From assembly GCF_009914755.1 (NCBI RefSeq), contig NC_060927.1: a DNA stretch of 64,000 bases; one strand, 5' to 3'. The stretch comes from the human T2T-CHM13v2.0 reference genome, Homo sapiens. This document shows, piece after piece, positions 1 through 13,359 of this stretch. Both the position numbers and the translations under genes were made by a program. Under the pieces are notes generated by a model that worked only from the letters and a program-made list of their open reading frames with translations, ran no database searches and was not told the origin of the DNA. Position 1 is the stretch's first letter. Each line of letters opens with the position of its first letter.

Positions 1-1010
1 ATACTTGGATTCAGAGCAGTGAGGTTTGTGGTTGAGGGATCCTCTGTCACAGGCACTAAGTACCATGTATTGAATTCGCTGTTTACCAAGTGTAAAATGG
101 TCAGTCCTCCCAAAGGCGATTGGGCAACAGGGACCAAGAGCCCTAAAAATGTTCCTATACTTTACCCAATAATGCCACTTCTAGGACTGTATCCCAAAGA
201 AATATTTTGAAATGCCAGCAAAGTTTTTCATATCATTGCTTTTGCAATGCCACAAAACAAACAAATATACAAAGCCTACACTAGAGGAATGCTTAGATTA
301 ACCCTGGCTCAGCCCAGTGAAGGAAGACTATGCAGCCTTCAAAAATGGGGTTTACAAACAGAATTTAATGAAATGAGAAAAAGCTTACTGAAAATGTCAA
401 GCCATAGGTGTGATGGGAGGAGCTGAACATCGAACCACAGAACGATAAATACTTTAGGATCTCAATTATGTAAAGAAAGTGAACCAGGTTGGGGAGGGGC
501 AGGGGGAGACTGAAAGAAAAAATATCATAATTTTAATTGTCTCTCTCTGCAATTTTTGGTGTTTGTAAAATTGTCTACAGATTTAGCTCTACTTGTGTGG
601 TTGGAGAAGACAACCAACCAACCAGCCATAACAATAAATAGAAGGGAAATGTTCCTGGCTGGTGTCTCTCCAGACTGTGAGGGCAGGGGCAGCTCTCACA
701 GGGCACCAGGGCAGGGAGGGCTCGGGGAATGTCAGGGGCACCCATGCGCTGAACTGACCTAGAAAACTCCCTGCCTCAGAGCGATGGCATGGGGGCAGCA
801 TTCCAGCTTGCCCTTACTCTGGGGAGCTGTTTGCGCACGGGGTTGCTGTGGGCAACTTTTCTGGCTGGGGTGCTTCTCCACACAGCCAGCTGAGCCACTT
901 CGCCTGTTGGTCTGGGAGAGCCTAGCCTCTCAAAGCCTCATTGTTGACCCTCAGAGGAAGAAGCAACTTCACTGATAGAGTGACTCAGCTGGCCAAGAGT
1001 TGATACTTAC

Positions 1011-1158
1011 CCCAGCTTCCCTTCATTCCCTCTGTAAAGCAGAACAAAGACTTGTTGCCTTGGGAAGGTGCTGATGCTTTGAGTACATAGGCAAAAGCAG
1101 AGCCTCCAGGCCAGAAGAGATCTGAGTTCAGGTCCAAGTTTGAGGTCCAGAGGGGTGG
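1011..1158 (-). pseudogene. Relic exon, most downstream one seen
   Basis: Acceptor tttctcctgaccctccAG and donor GGG|GTAAGT; two frames are open; no clear motif. Confidence 0.35.
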
Positions 1159-1897
1159 CTGGAGGGTCAGGAGAAACCTTGACATCCAGGATGCTCTGCA
1201 GGGTCCAGAGTGCTGGGCTTTAGTGGGCCCACCAAGTCCGGGCCACACCTCTCTTGGACACCCACCCATGTGGAGCTGAGCATCCAAATGGCTTGCATCC
1301 CAGGCAGGCCTCGCCTGGCTCCTGGCATGAGTGGACAGAGCCTGCACTCAGGATGTTGTGGCCCCAGCTGCATCAGCACTAACAGTACCTCCTACTTATT
1401 AGTGCCAGTCCTGCATGGTGGGCCCTGCCCAGAGCTACTCAGATCCACACAGAAGTCAGTAGCATGAACAGTTAGAACAGCCTGGGACCTGCCCCAACCC
1501 TAGGCCTGCTGCCTTGGGGAATCGACAGTGAATGCACTGTGGGTCAGTGTCGGGGAAAGAGGAGTCAGCCTCCATGAATAGCCATAGAATGTTGAGGAAG
1601 ATTCCTGCTTAAGCAAGCAAAGCAACTACTTCCACGTGGCGTGGTTGACAATGAGGCTCCATCATGTGGAAGCCTGAGCTCATCATAGCCTCCCTCTGTT
1701 CCTTTGATTGCCTGTGCTCTGGTTCACTCCTGAAGCCCCTCAGACTCAGGGGCCGAGTTGTGTCTCCAGCCCCAGAGCTGTGCACATTGCATGCATACGG
1801 CCACCACCCTGGATGACAATTCTTGACCGTAGCTGGCAACACACAGCACTTCAGCTCATTCTGGCAGTCCTCGTCTCTACTCTGGAGTCTGACTCAC

Positions 1898-1998
1898 CCC
1901 ACAGGAGTGTTCTCGGGCTCACTTTGCTGGATATCATCAGGGCATCGCGTGCTCTCTCTCTGGTGGCTGGACTGGCTCAGCTAAAGTATGCTTGGCAT
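1898..1998 (-). pseudogene. Relic exon, ARM-like
   Basis: Acceptor tttcctgtgaccacacacAG and donor GGG|GTGAGT; reads QAYFS*ASPATRERARDALMISS. Confidence 0.45.
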
Positions 1999-2781
1999 CT
2001 GTGTGTGGTCACAGGAAACAGTTATGAGGTTACTGTTGCTGGTTGTTTTGGTTTTGTGTTTTGTTTGTTACTGTTTCCTAAGAATGCTTAGATCAGATAG
2101 AGATGTGGTTATGTAAAAAAAGAAGAAGAAATTTTGGCTGTGAACGGCAAGAAACATCACAGTGGTCTTTCGGTCTTTCCACCTATTTTGAGCTACTATT
2201 TGCTGAGTGCTTGCTGTGTATTCTGCTCCTTTCTCATTACATTTCCATGAATCCTCAAAATAACCCTATGAATTAGGTATCGTTTGATCACTCGTGCATT
2301 TCAAAGCTCTTTACTGAGTTGTTCCTAAATGTCAGGCATTATTATGACCCCCCGTTCTAAGTTGCAGTGACTGAGGCTCAGGGAGCTTAGGTAATTTGCC
2401 AGGGATTCAAGGCAGGAAGTGGTGAGAGGTGAGGTTGGCCTGGTGGAGGTAGGTCCAGATCTGGGGAGGGGATCAGTGTATCAGGCCAAGGAGTTTGGGG
2501 ATTTCAGCTGAGAATGAGACCTTCCAGAACATGACGTAGAACAGGTGGGGTGTGTGCATGTGTGTGTTGCGATTTTTTGGGAAACGACCTGAGGCAGACA
2601 GAGGGCTCAGGTCTTCTGGAGATGAGCCTGGTTTGTTTTAAGGCTCCCCATACTTTCACTCAACAGAACAAACACAAAAGGAAGAGCTGAGAGCACAGGA
2701 GCCATTGAGGCTCTGAATTAGGAATCGTCAGATTTGTTTTATTGGATTTGATTTTCTGAAAAAACTACCTACAAAACTCGG

Positions 2782-3138
2782 TGTCTTAGTCATTTGGGCT
2801 GCTATAGCAAAGTTCAAAGGACTGGGTGGCTTACAAAAAATAGGAGTTTGTTTCTCACAGCCCTGGAGGCTGAAAGCTTAAGATCAGGGTGCCAGCATGG
2901 TCAGGTTCTGGCGAGGGCCCTCTTCCACGTTGCAGAACGCTGAGCTCTCATTGTGTCCACACATGGGGGAAAGAGTGAGCCAGCTCTCTGGCCTCTTATT
3001 ATAAAGGCACTAATCCCATTCATGAGGGCTCTACCCTCATGGCTTATTATCTCCCAAGGTCCTACCTCCAAATACTATCACAGTAGGATTAGACTTCAGT
3101 ATAGGAATTTGGGGGAGACAAATATTCAGTCTATAATA
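2782..3138 (-). mobile_element. MLT1A-type MaLR solo LTR
   Basis: Termini tgtcttagtc...cagtctataata; 5-bp TSD ctcgg/ctcag (one mismatch). Confidence 0.8.
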
Positions 3139-3916
3139 CTCAGATTACTTTTTCTTTCCCCCAGAGCAGCACAAAATGTTCTAAGTGGACACCTACCATG
3201 TGCTTGGGCCTGGGCTAGCTGCTCCAGGGAAGAGAGAAGGGGGCAGAGAGGGGAGAGAGAGAGAAGGAACAGGAACAGGTGTGTTCTCTGCATACAGGTA
3301 GTTATAGTTCAGGTGAGGTGATGAGAGCCACACCCATTTCCATGCTCTGTGACTGGGGTGCTCACAGGTAACTCCATGGAGGAGATGGCATCTTAAAAAA
3401 AGGATAAGAGCTGGATTGGTGGTGAGATGGAGGAAAGGACATCACAGATAGAAGGCCCAACGTGGCTAATGGAGGGGATTGTAGTAAGTATGATTGTCAG
3501 GGGCAAGGCCTAGCTCCAATGAAGCGGAGGAGGGAATGTGTTCTTGAAAGCTTTAGCAAATCTGAGATGTTCCTGCTCATCTGGCCTCATCTGGAGAGTG
3601 AAAACCACCTGTCTTGGATTTCTTGCCCGCTCCACTCCCACCTGGGGAATAATTCCTGAAATCCTTTTCTAGTAAAATGCCCATGCTCCTCTCTCCCAGT
3701 TATCTACAGAGTTTAAGACAAGAGGTGACGTAGTGAGTAGGAGATTCGTCTCCAGATCAGAGACATCTGGGCTTTAGTCCTGGACTAGCCACTTGTCACA
3801 CTGTGGTCTTGTGCATATTCTTAGACTCTCTAAATCTTATTTTTCTCAGCTGCTTAAAGGAAATAATGGGAGTTTCTCTTTCATCACACTGTTGTAAGAA
3901 TCAAGTGAGATGTAAC

Positions 3917-4079
3917 CCTTATAGCTTCCAGTGTCTCAGTGGCTCAGACTTTGTATAGAGTCTCATTCAAAGAAGCTCAGTCCAAGCACCAAAAATAACT
4001 TAAAAAGTACTTCTTCAATCTTTGTTGCTTCTCTTGAATAACATTACAGGAGATCTCTTGCGTAACCACCACAATGATT
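3917..4079 (-). pseudogene. Relic exon, ARM-like
   Basis: Acceptor catctttcAG; reads ...ASLNETLYKV*ATETLEAIR; the donor is weak. Confidence 0.35.
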
Positions 4080-4379
4080 CTGAAAGATGCTCTCCTCCTC
4101 ACCTCACTTCTCCCATATCCTGTACCTACTCCAAAAAACCCTCACTCACTGAAGGGTTTTTCTGTTCTCTCCCCATTGATGAGCTGATTTGCATTCGAAT
4201 ATGGCAAGTGGAGGAAGCCTCTGAATGCTGATACATCAGTAGTTTTTGACCCATTACAGAAATAGCGTCTCTAAAGCACTTAGCACAGAGTCTGGCTCTT
4301 TGTAAAGTCTCAATGCATTCTCTTATTAATTAGAAAAACTGTGAAAGCAAATAATAGTTACTAAAAAATTAGAACTCAG

Positions 4380-4687
4380 GGCCTGGCGCGGTGGCTCGTG
4401 CCTGTAATCCCAGCACTTTGGGAGGCCGAGGCAGGCGGATCATGAGGTCAGGAGATCGAGACCATCCTGGCTAACACGGTGAAACCCCATCTCTACTAAA
4501 AATACAAAAAATTAGCCAGGCGTGGTGGCGGGCGCCTGTAGTCCCAGCTACTCAGGAGGCTGAGGCAGGAGAATGGCGTGAACCTGGGAGGCGGAGCTTG
4601 CAGTGAGCCGAGATCGCGCCACTGCGCTCCAGCCTGGGCGTCAGAGTGAGACTCCATCTCAAAAAAAAAAAAAAAAAAAAAAAAACC
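4380..4687 (+). mobile_element. AluY
   Basis: Y-type diagnostics (gagatcgagaccatcctggctaacacgg, gaatggcgtgaacc, gcggagcttgcag), A-tail, TSD aaaattagaactc/aaaattagagctc. Confidence 0.93.
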
Positions 4688-5164
4688 AAAATTAGAGCTC
4701 GAAAAATATTATCAGATAGTACAAGTAGTTCTTTTTCTCCTAAAAAAAAATAGCTGAAGACAGTTATTTAAATCTTGAAAACCTTTAAAAGAAGCTTTCC
4801 CCTAATGTTTAATTCCTTAGATCTTCCTCCTAAAACTGTGTCTGTGGATCAGCAAGGAAACTGCCTCCCGGTTCTGCTCTGGTGGCCTCTCTAATTCTCG
4901 ACATTATTGCCCTGTTTCTGAAAACCACAGTGAACACCCTGAAACTCTGGGGACAATTCTGACAACTTTGGAGCTGGGAGGGAGTTCATGGCCCCTTGGC
5001 TTCCAAAACAGAAAGAGGGGCTATGACCTGGCGCTTGGGATTGTCAGAGTTAGTTGGATTCTGAACTGAGAAGAACTGTCTGAGGACAGAGGGGAGATGG
5101 ATAGTGCAGAGAAAGGATCATTCATTCATTCATTCACTCAACAGCCCTTCGTTGAGCATCTATT

Positions 5165-5725
5165 GGTAACAGATTGTGACATATTATTTTTTCCAAAGAT
5201 AGCCATGCCCTATGTTTATCTCACCCCATATGCCTTTCTTGCAGGGTGACGGACACTCCTTCCACCTAGGGGGACCTGCATTTACTCCCCTTGAATCTGG
5301 ATGGGTGTGTATGACTGCTTTGGCCAATAGAATATGGTAGAAGTGCTATTATATGACTTCTGATTTTAGGTCATAAAAAGGATACAGATTCCAGTTGTTT
5401 CCCTCTCTCTCTCTTTCTCCCCACAACCCCACACTCTCTTTTGGGATGCTTGCTCTTGGAACCCAGATGCCATGCTGGGAGGAAGCTCAGGTCACATGGA
5501 GAGGCCCAGGTAGTCCTGCAGTCAATAGGCAGCATCAACCACCACACATTGTGAATGATCCTTCAGATGGTCCCAGACCCTAGCTCAGGCCCAGACATTG
5601 TGGACAAAGTGTCCCATCTGTGCTAAATTCCTGACCTCTGGAAACCTTGGAGGTAAAATATAACTATTGTAGATTTGAGTCACTAGGTTCTGGGATAATT
5701 TGTTAGGCAGCAATAAATAGCTGGT
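5165..5725 (+). mobile_element. Old MLT1 (F/G/H-like) LTR
   Basis: MLT1-like motifs (ccccttgaatctgg, ttggccaatagaat, tttgttaggcagcaata); boundaries approximate. Confidence 0.6.
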
Positions 5726-6133
5726 GCATAGGCTCTGTGGGGAGTCCGGGCCACAGGAAGAGCTGTCGGGATCTCTGGGGAGATCACTAAGTAAACAGAC
5801 AGTGACTGTGTTGCTTGATAAGGGCCATAGAGGGGAGCACAGAGAAAGTGTGTCTGACTCCCCTGGGGTACTGGGGATGGGGGCTCAGAAAGTCTTCTTG
5901 GGAGAGGTGACATGTCAGCTTGGTCTGGAAGGGCTAGAGTTAGCCAGCTGAAAGGAAGGATGAAAAATGGGGAAGAATGAAGGGAGGGGGCACTCCAGGG
6001 GGAAAACCTGGGCCAGGGCCATGTCCCTGGGAACTGGCTGCTCAGGGTGTTATCTGGCTTTTCTAGGTGACAAATCTCTCTAAGAACTGATCATTGTATA
6101 GGGTCTCACAACTGGCCAAGCCCCTGCATCTAC

Positions 6134-6287
6134 CCAGGACAAATGAAATCAAGACTGTGGCCTTAGAAATCCTGTTCCAGGCCAGGGCCTAGGTACTGGC
6201 AGGGTATGAGGCGGTGGCCCACAGACAGCAGTGAGGAGTTATCCCAGAGCACATCTTTCTCTTGGGCTGTAGCAGCCTCTGAAAGTA
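6134..6287 (-). pseudogene. Relic exon, ARM-like
   Basis: Acceptor ctggtttccAG and donor TGG|GTAGAT; reads YFQRLLQPKRKMCSGITPHCCLWATASYPAST*ALAWNRISKATVLISF. Confidence 0.5.
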
Positions 6288-7579
6288 CTGGAAACCAGCA
6301 GGGGAGGGGGCCAGGGGCGAGATGGGGGTCAGTAGCATGGCCAATGCATTTGGGCAGCATGGGAAAATCCTGAAACAGCTTCCTACTCCAGGGGAAAGGT
6401 GTTTTTAATGCAAATTACAGCAGCATTGTTACCTGTAAGTTGGTGCTGACTTGCTAGGGCAGCAAGGCTGGCATTTGACTCCTTTAGATGTTCCCCATGG
6501 CCGAGTCCCACTCTATGAACTGCCCTTCTCTGAACATAGCTTCTCCCTGGTGGCCTTGGGTTTTTGCCTGAGCCCCTTCTCATACCCGGAGTGCCCATCC
6601 TGCTATTTTTATCTAGTCCCTCACCTCCTCCAGGAAGCCCTCCAAGAACCCTCAGGCTCCTCAGGACTCTACAGCCCCCTGTAACAGCCCTGGAATATGG
6701 TGGTGCCATGGCCTGTTTACCTGTGTGCCTCCCCAGCTGAATGTGGGCTTCTGGAAGGTGCAGGCAGTATCTTCCAGGGCCCAGCCCAGAGGAGGCCTTC
6801 TTTAAAACCTTGCTTTTGGGTGATAACCAGGATGGATGTTCCTTTATCTCTGTCATGAGATCTGTGAACACAGGAGGGACTCATGTGCCCTCCACTGCCC
6901 TCTGCAGAGCCTTCCACACTGGAGCATTTGCTAAGCACTGGCTGAATGAATTATGTGTCTCTGTGATCTTCAGTCCTAGGCCATGAATATTTCTGGGTCT
7001 GCTCATTGAGAACTTGCATGCAGATAGCACTCCATAAGTGGTTGTTGGATCGAGTTGAATCAGATTCCAGGCTAAGGACAGTGGGATACTGGGGTCGATG
7101 AGCTTGGTGTGTCTGGGGGTATGTGTGTGTCTTTCAGTACCTCTGTGTGGGGGTCGTATCTAGATGTGTGTGTTTGTGTGCATCTGTGACTGAGTGTCCA
7201 TGTGCATCTCATCTTGGATGAGTCCATATGTGTCTTTTGTGATTGTGCATGACTGTGTGTGTTGCGTGTCTGTGTGGGGATGCTCCCTCTGAGCTAAGAG
7301 CAGGGGATAGAGACAGCCACCACCCAGTCAGGAGCCAGCCAGCTGTGTCTCCATGGAGTCTCTTGCCTGCCGGGTCCCAGGACAGCCAGCCTAGCCTAGC
7401 AAGACTCAGGCCTTTTTTGCAAGTTCTAAGCAGTGGCACAGACACAGCCCACAGTGCTGCCTGCCCGCCAGCCCCCGTGCCTGGGTGGTGTGCATGTAGA
7501 TGGGGCCAGCATCTCCCTGGCCTCCTTGCTGCTCAGTAAGGAATGGATTATAATTCCCAGGCAGGCTGCATCTGCAACC

Positions 7580-7855
7580 AACTTGAGGGAAATAATTGTT
7601 GAGCGAGTTGAAAGAAAAAAATTGTAGCAAGGAACTTCAAGCCAGGCAGTCATCCGTGTCATTAAATTAGGTTAATCTAAATCCTCAGAGTCTAGTGTAG
7701 CAGCCTCTAAAGCAAACCCTACATGGCTCTTTGGAGTTCCCATTGTAAAGTTCCCAATAGGGGTGTTCTTCAAGGGACACAGTAGGCAGTAGCCTTGCAG
7801 CCTGAGGACACACAGAGCTTGTGACAGATACCAGTTCCTCCTCAGGGACCTGGCT
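7580..7855 (-). pseudogene. Relic exon, ARM-like
   Basis: Strong acceptor gccttttcctgcAG; includes KSHVGFALEAATLDSEDL; 3' boundary uncertain. Confidence 0.4.
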
Positions 7856-8308
7856 CTGCAGGAAAAGGCATGAGATGAGAGGCAGGCCCCATCCTTGTGC
7901 TGCCCCTTCCTCTGTGTGAGTCCCCCAACCACTCCAGGCCTCATTTGCTCTTGCCCAGCTCACAGGGCCTATTAACAAATGCCAAGTGGGCCAAAAGGAA
8001 AGGAAGAGGGTCCCTTGGATGGGAGAAGCTGGGGTGGAGGTGAAGCCTGAATTACTTCAAACTTGCCTTAGTGTTGCTCCTCCAAGCTGGGTCTTTTTAA
8101 CACCAACCAATGGCTGAATTGAAGAAAAAATGAGAGATGAGTCTGTGCAAAAAGTCCCACTCTTGTAAGGACTGCTGTAAATCATTAATTTATGACTGCA
8201 TCCAGACATTTACTGACTCATTAATTCAATCATTTTCCCCCTCCTTTATTCATTCTTTTATAGATCCCTCAGTCCCTCATTCTCTCTTTGGTTTAGTCAT
8301 CCAAAGGT

Positions 8309-8358
8309 CTCCCTCCCTCCCTGCCTCCCTCCCTTCCTTCCTTCCTTCTTTCCTTTCC
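8309..8358. repeat. (CCCT/CCTT)n simple repeat
   Basis: Read directly from the sequence. Confidence 0.8.
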
Positions 8359-8628
8359 ATGCTTCGGGGGAATTGCCTGGTATGTGTTCGTCCCCGTGGC
8401 TGTGTAGAATGAAAAGCACTTCAAGTACCCTGCCCCGAGGACCAGTGCCCATGCTGTGGCCCCCCAGCTTGCTCCTCTCCCTCTCTCCTTGTGTCTTGCT
8501 CCCCACTGTCCCCTTACTGGAACACCATTTCCTCTCTGCTCCTCTCCCATAGGGAGCACATGAGCTGATGGTGGGCTGGTGAGGAGGCCTTTGTCAGGGC
8601 ACTTGGGAGGAAAGGTGCTGAAACTGAC

Positions 8629-9178
8629 CTGATAAATGAACCAGCAGGGATGTGTGGCCTGGCTCCCCCTCCCCCTTTGATCAAAAGCCTCTGAACCCCT
8701 GATGACATCCCACAGCATATTCCTCTATTAATCAGAAAAGCCTTGACAGATGTAAGCAATTTGTCTTTGGAGAGGACTGGAGCAGGGGTGGGGGAGGTGA
8801 AGCGAGGAAGCCCAGCTCAGCCCATAAGGGTGGGGAAGATACTGAGGGTAAGTCTTGAAATGGGGCTGAATACATGCATACTAAGAAGGCAGGGAGCAAG
8901 GTAGAGCCAGTCAGATCAGAAAGGGAAGTGCTTTCATTTCCAAGCATATTTCCTCCTTGATTGAGTAGCCCCTCCCAATACCACCACCAAACCACGAAGC
9001 AGGAATGAGGCTGAGATCCAGGGGTTAATCCCACTCAGACTCCTTCAGGGCTCAGATGCTTAAAGCAACAGGGGCCTGGTGGGTATGGTTCAGGCGTGGC
9101 TCTCATAACGCCACATGGCTGCTTCGGCTCTTGCCTGCTGATGACAGTGATGCTCAGCTTAAAAACAACATCAAACAC
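8629..9178 (-). pseudogene. Two relic exons, ARM-like (about 8880-9178 and 8629-8776)
   Basis: First reads ..KEEICLEMKALPFLI*L; second has acceptor cccctgctccAG and donor CAG|GTCAGT and reads MLWDVIRG. Confidence 0.4.
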
Positions 9179-10537
9179 CTAATGAACCTGCCATTCAGCA
9201 GATTGGGAGCTGGGCACGGGAGATGCAGGAGAGAAGAAACAATGTCAGTTCTCCAAAACCCCTAGTCTAGACTATCTGGCAGATAAATTAACCAGGAAAT
9301 GGGTTTTGATGTGAGGATGGTCATGGGAGGGAGCATACAATATACAGTGTGGAGTGGCCAGCCCAACAAGAGGGGTCCCTTCCCAGAGGAGAAGACACAG
9401 CTGCATCTTGAAGAATGAGTAGATGTGCTCACATGAGAAAGGCCCCTCTTTTTTTGTCCATTTGGAGAACTGCTACTCATCTGTCAAGGTTCAGCTTGGG
9501 TCTCCTGTTAGCCTCTCTTCCTCACTAATTCTAGAGGTCAGGGACTGTGACTCATCCCTTTGTCTCCAGTGCCCAGCCCGGGGCCTAACACAGAGTAGCC
9601 ACAAATGTTTCCTAAAGCGAGTGAAATGGACTTGCAGGCAGTGGGAGTAGCATGGGCAAAGGCATGGAGGCATGATCAGCATGGGGCTTTGCAGAGAACT
9701 ACAGTCTGTGTGTGTCCGTGGGGCGGTCTAACTGATGTTTTGTATCAATAGGAAAACTGAAAACTGAATTAAATTTCTTCATTTTCATGGAGATATCTGG
9801 CCCCATACAAAGGCAGCCCACGGATCTGACTGCCACTGAGGAGTATTATACAATCTTATTTTCATTATGCTTTTTTTTAAAAGAGTGCTCTATGAATCTG
9901 ATTAGATGCTTCAAACATAAATTTTAAAACTTACTCTTGCAAGTTTTAGAGACTAAAGCCACGGCCAATGTTTTGATCATATGCCTCCTTCCCTTTCCAA
10001 TAAACACCTAACACACTTTGCCAAGCTTTCTGTGGTCAGGATTTACAGATCTGTGACTCAGCCCAGTGAGCCAGGGAACATGAAAAGATGTCGCTGGGGA
10101 GAAATATGCAAGGAAGGATGGGAGAGGTCAGCGCCTCCACCAAGCAGGACAGACTCCCACAGCTTTTCCTAATAAACAAGTTTCCAGGGCCCTTTGAATT
10201 CTTCCAGAGAGAAGAGGAACGTTAGCATTCACATTGAGGGGAGGAACATCACGGACAGTGACCACGTGGGCCCAGATCCTCAGAAAGGGGAGTTAAAAGC
10301 TCAGGCAGGAAACAGAACTGGGAGGCGGGCTGGCACCGGAATTAGGGTTGCTGACAACTATCATCATTGAGTACCTGCTGTTTGCCAGACACCGTGCTAG
10401 GCCCAACCCATAAGGCAAGCTCAGAGAGGTGAATTGCCTTGTCTGAGGTCACATGGCCAGTAGTGGGAAGCAGGGTTCAAAGCTGGGTTCGTTGGTTCCA
10501 AGCTTTTGTTCTTCTAGATTCCACTGTGATTTGGGGC

Positions 10538-10714
10538 CATACAATGTGGAGGGGCCAACCCAACAAGAGGAGTCCTTTCCCAGAGGAGAAGACACAAGCT
10601 GCATCTTGAAGAATGAGTAGATGTGCTCCTGAGGGTGCAAAATCAATCAATCTGAAGTCCAGGGGATGAATTTCTGAGAGCCACAAAAGGGGTCCTCCTT
10701 ACTCAAGACCAAAG
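10538..10714 (+). repeat. Chimeric local duplication: copy of 9334-9430 fused to a copy of 12202-12289
   Basis: Both halves align directly with few mismatches; the junction sits on a shared CTC. Confidence 0.9.
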
Positions 10715-10795
10715 ACCTGAAGAGTCCTTCATCAGGGCTCTGACCTGGGGTCTGGGCCTGAGCTTCCTTCTGGATTGATGCTTATTGTAACATAC

Positions 10796-10909
10796 CCAAG
10801 ATGCTCACAGATGCTGAGGACCTCCAGCCAGTTCCAAATGAGTTTGCGGTAGGAGGATTTTTAATAGGATTGACTCTAGACTTAGCATTTCCTCCAAATG
10901 CCTTCCTGG
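10796..10909 (-). pseudogene. Relic exon at the ANK-to-ARM transition
   Basis: Acceptor ttttatcctgcAG and donor TGG|GTATGT; 114 nt; reads PGRHLEEMLSLESILLKILL. Confidence 0.5.
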
Positions 10910-12622
10910 CTGCAGGATAAAACCTCTGCCAGCCCGAACCATGCAGGTGCCAATTCTGTTTCCCAGGCCCACATCGCTTCCCACTAACTCCCTGACCCCT
11001 CTATGAGGCCAGTTCAATGTCGACCCCCTCCACACAGCTCTCCTTGGCTCCTCTGACCTTCATTTATTTCCCAGTCCCTGAGTGCCTGATAATGATAATA
11101 AAAAGCTGTTCTGCTTATTGAGTGCCTGTCACGTGCTCAGCATTTTATATATATTATCTAGATTAATTCTTATAACCCTACTCCAAGGTGGGTCCTATTG
11201 TCTTCAGTTTTCAGAGGAGACATGGAGACTCAGGGAGGTTAAGTAACTTGCCAGAGGTCACACAGCTGGGAAATGGCAGAGCAGTGAGTTGAGCCCCTTG
11301 GCTGTCTGAGCAGAGAGCTGCTGTTCCCAATCACTGTGCTTCTCTATCTGCAAGCTGCATCACAGAGGTGAACTTCTCATTCTCCTGTCTTTACATGATC
11401 TCTGTTCCATTTAATTTACCCTGACTTTCCAGGTGTGAGGAGACTGGTGTCTTCATCCCCTAGTACCATTTAAACCTACTTTTTCACTGTGCATTTAAGG
11501 CATTTTGATATGGTCAGAACTTAGTACATGATTTCTGGAGGGCACACGAGTGAGCCTGTGGGTATATCTGTGTACATGTCTGAGAACGTGCATGAGTGTG
11601 ATTGTGTGCCTGTGTGTGTGTGTGCATGTGTGTGTGAGTGTGTTGGGGAAAAGAGGTCAGGAACGAGAGCAGGGAGATGGGTTGGAAGGATTTAGGGTGG
11701 TGACAGAACAGGGAGATGAGGGAGTCTGAGTGTTCCCGGGACTCTGCTGTACCCAAGGGACAAGAGAGGAGTGAGCACGGGAGTCCTTGGGGGACTACAG
11801 AGAGACCAGAGGCCCTGGGAGGGATGAGGCCTCTGGGGGTAGACACACTCCTCTTGATGATGTACTTGGTAATGGCTGCCAGGAAGCCTGGCACAAACTT
11901 ATGTGGATGAATAGGGAAGAAGACAAGCTTCTTGGTAAAGTAGGCCCCACTTTACCAGATGAGGTTTGAAGAGATACAGTAACTGACACTGAGTACATAT
12001 TGTGTGCTAAGTGTATTACATGCATGAAAGTATGGGATCCTCAGACCTGTAAGGGACACAGTGTGATCCTTATATTATGAATGAAGAAACTGGTCCAGAG
12101 AGGTTAAGAGGCTTGCCAAGGCCACACAGCAGATTGATGAATTTGGAAACATGGATGAGGACAAGAATGTGTCTGTCCTCCAGTGACTAAAGCTGAGAGT
12201 TCTCCTGGGGGTGCAAAATCAATCAATCTGAAGTCCAGGGGATGAATTTCCGAGAGCCACAAAGGGGTCCTCCTTACTCAAGACCAAAGGATAGGCCTGG
12301 ACTCTCAGACCTTAGGGAAACTGCAGAATGGAGCTGGGGGGCTGCCAGGGGTCCAGGACAGTGGGAGTACCCAGTGCCTCTGATCATGGAGGGCCTATGT
12401 CTTTTTCACCATTGGCATAGAGTATGGTTCGGCAAGGTTAACAGAACTTTGGAGCCCTTTGGAGCTGGGTCTGGAAGGTCAAGTAAGGGTTCACCAGGGA
12501 AGTTTCAGGCAAGTGCATATTCTTAGCAGTTCATTCCTGCCTCTGAGTCATTGAGCAAGACATCTCTTCCTCTCCCCAATCTGATTCTTATCTGCCCTTC
12601 AGGGCTGAGTCCTTAGGCACAC

Positions 12623-12783
12623 CTCCTCCAGGAATCCTTTCTTGTCTAGCGCAGCCATGTTGATCACAAGCTCGGAGTGGCCCTGCTCTGGCCTATGTGC
12701 AGGACAGTTGTGACCCAAGCTTGGCTGCTCTGCACTGGTGAAAGCACCAGAGCCTGGAGGCCCAGCCAGAAAGCAGAGGCTGG
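12623..12783 (-). pseudogene. Relic exon with an ankyrin-repeat motif
   Basis: Very strong acceptor cccctttcctctccatttcAG; 161 nt; restoring one base gives a 54-codon phase 0-0 exon reading TTVLHI-x-PEQGHSELVINM. Confidence 0.6.
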
Positions 12784-13359
12784 CTGAAATGGAGAGGAAA
12801 GGGGAGGAAGAGAGGGGGAGAGCCATTGTTATCTTCTGGACAAGCCCAGCAAGAGGGAGCTATGCACGGCTTCTCATTCAGAAATAAATTCTAGTCAATG
12901 AGCTGGAAGACTGCTGGGAAACAGCAGGCTTTGCCTCGGCAGCTACTAGTAGGTCCCAGAAGAATGTGCAGATGGGAATATACTAGGGATACTATGTTTA
13001 AGTGCCTCTCAACATATATTGCAATATGAGTAATGTGGCTTTTTTTCCTCTGAAGTCCCACCTAACCACTGAGGCAAAGCCATGGGGTTAGTGCTTCAGG
13101 GGAGAAAAGAGCAGGCATAGCGTAGAAAGTGGATATTGCTAGGGCAGGGGAGGGAGACGTGCCTAGAGGAGTCCCTTCAAGCTGCAAGCGGAAGGAAACC
13201 TGTTTCAGTCTTGGGAGAAAGAAAGAAGAGGAAGGCAGGGGAAGTGGTTGGACTGTGCCATCCTGCTTTCCTACAGTTTCTCCCAAAGAGAAACCCAAGA
13301 GAGATGTGTTGTAAGAAGACACAGATAAGTCTTAGGCTATGTCTGATTTCAGGGCTTAC

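Noticed and set aside
9430-12202. The chimeric junction at 10626 as a retrocopied splice junction
   Set aside because: No GT-AG pair at the source breakpoints on either strand, even when sliding across the CTC microhomology; no A-tail or TSD.
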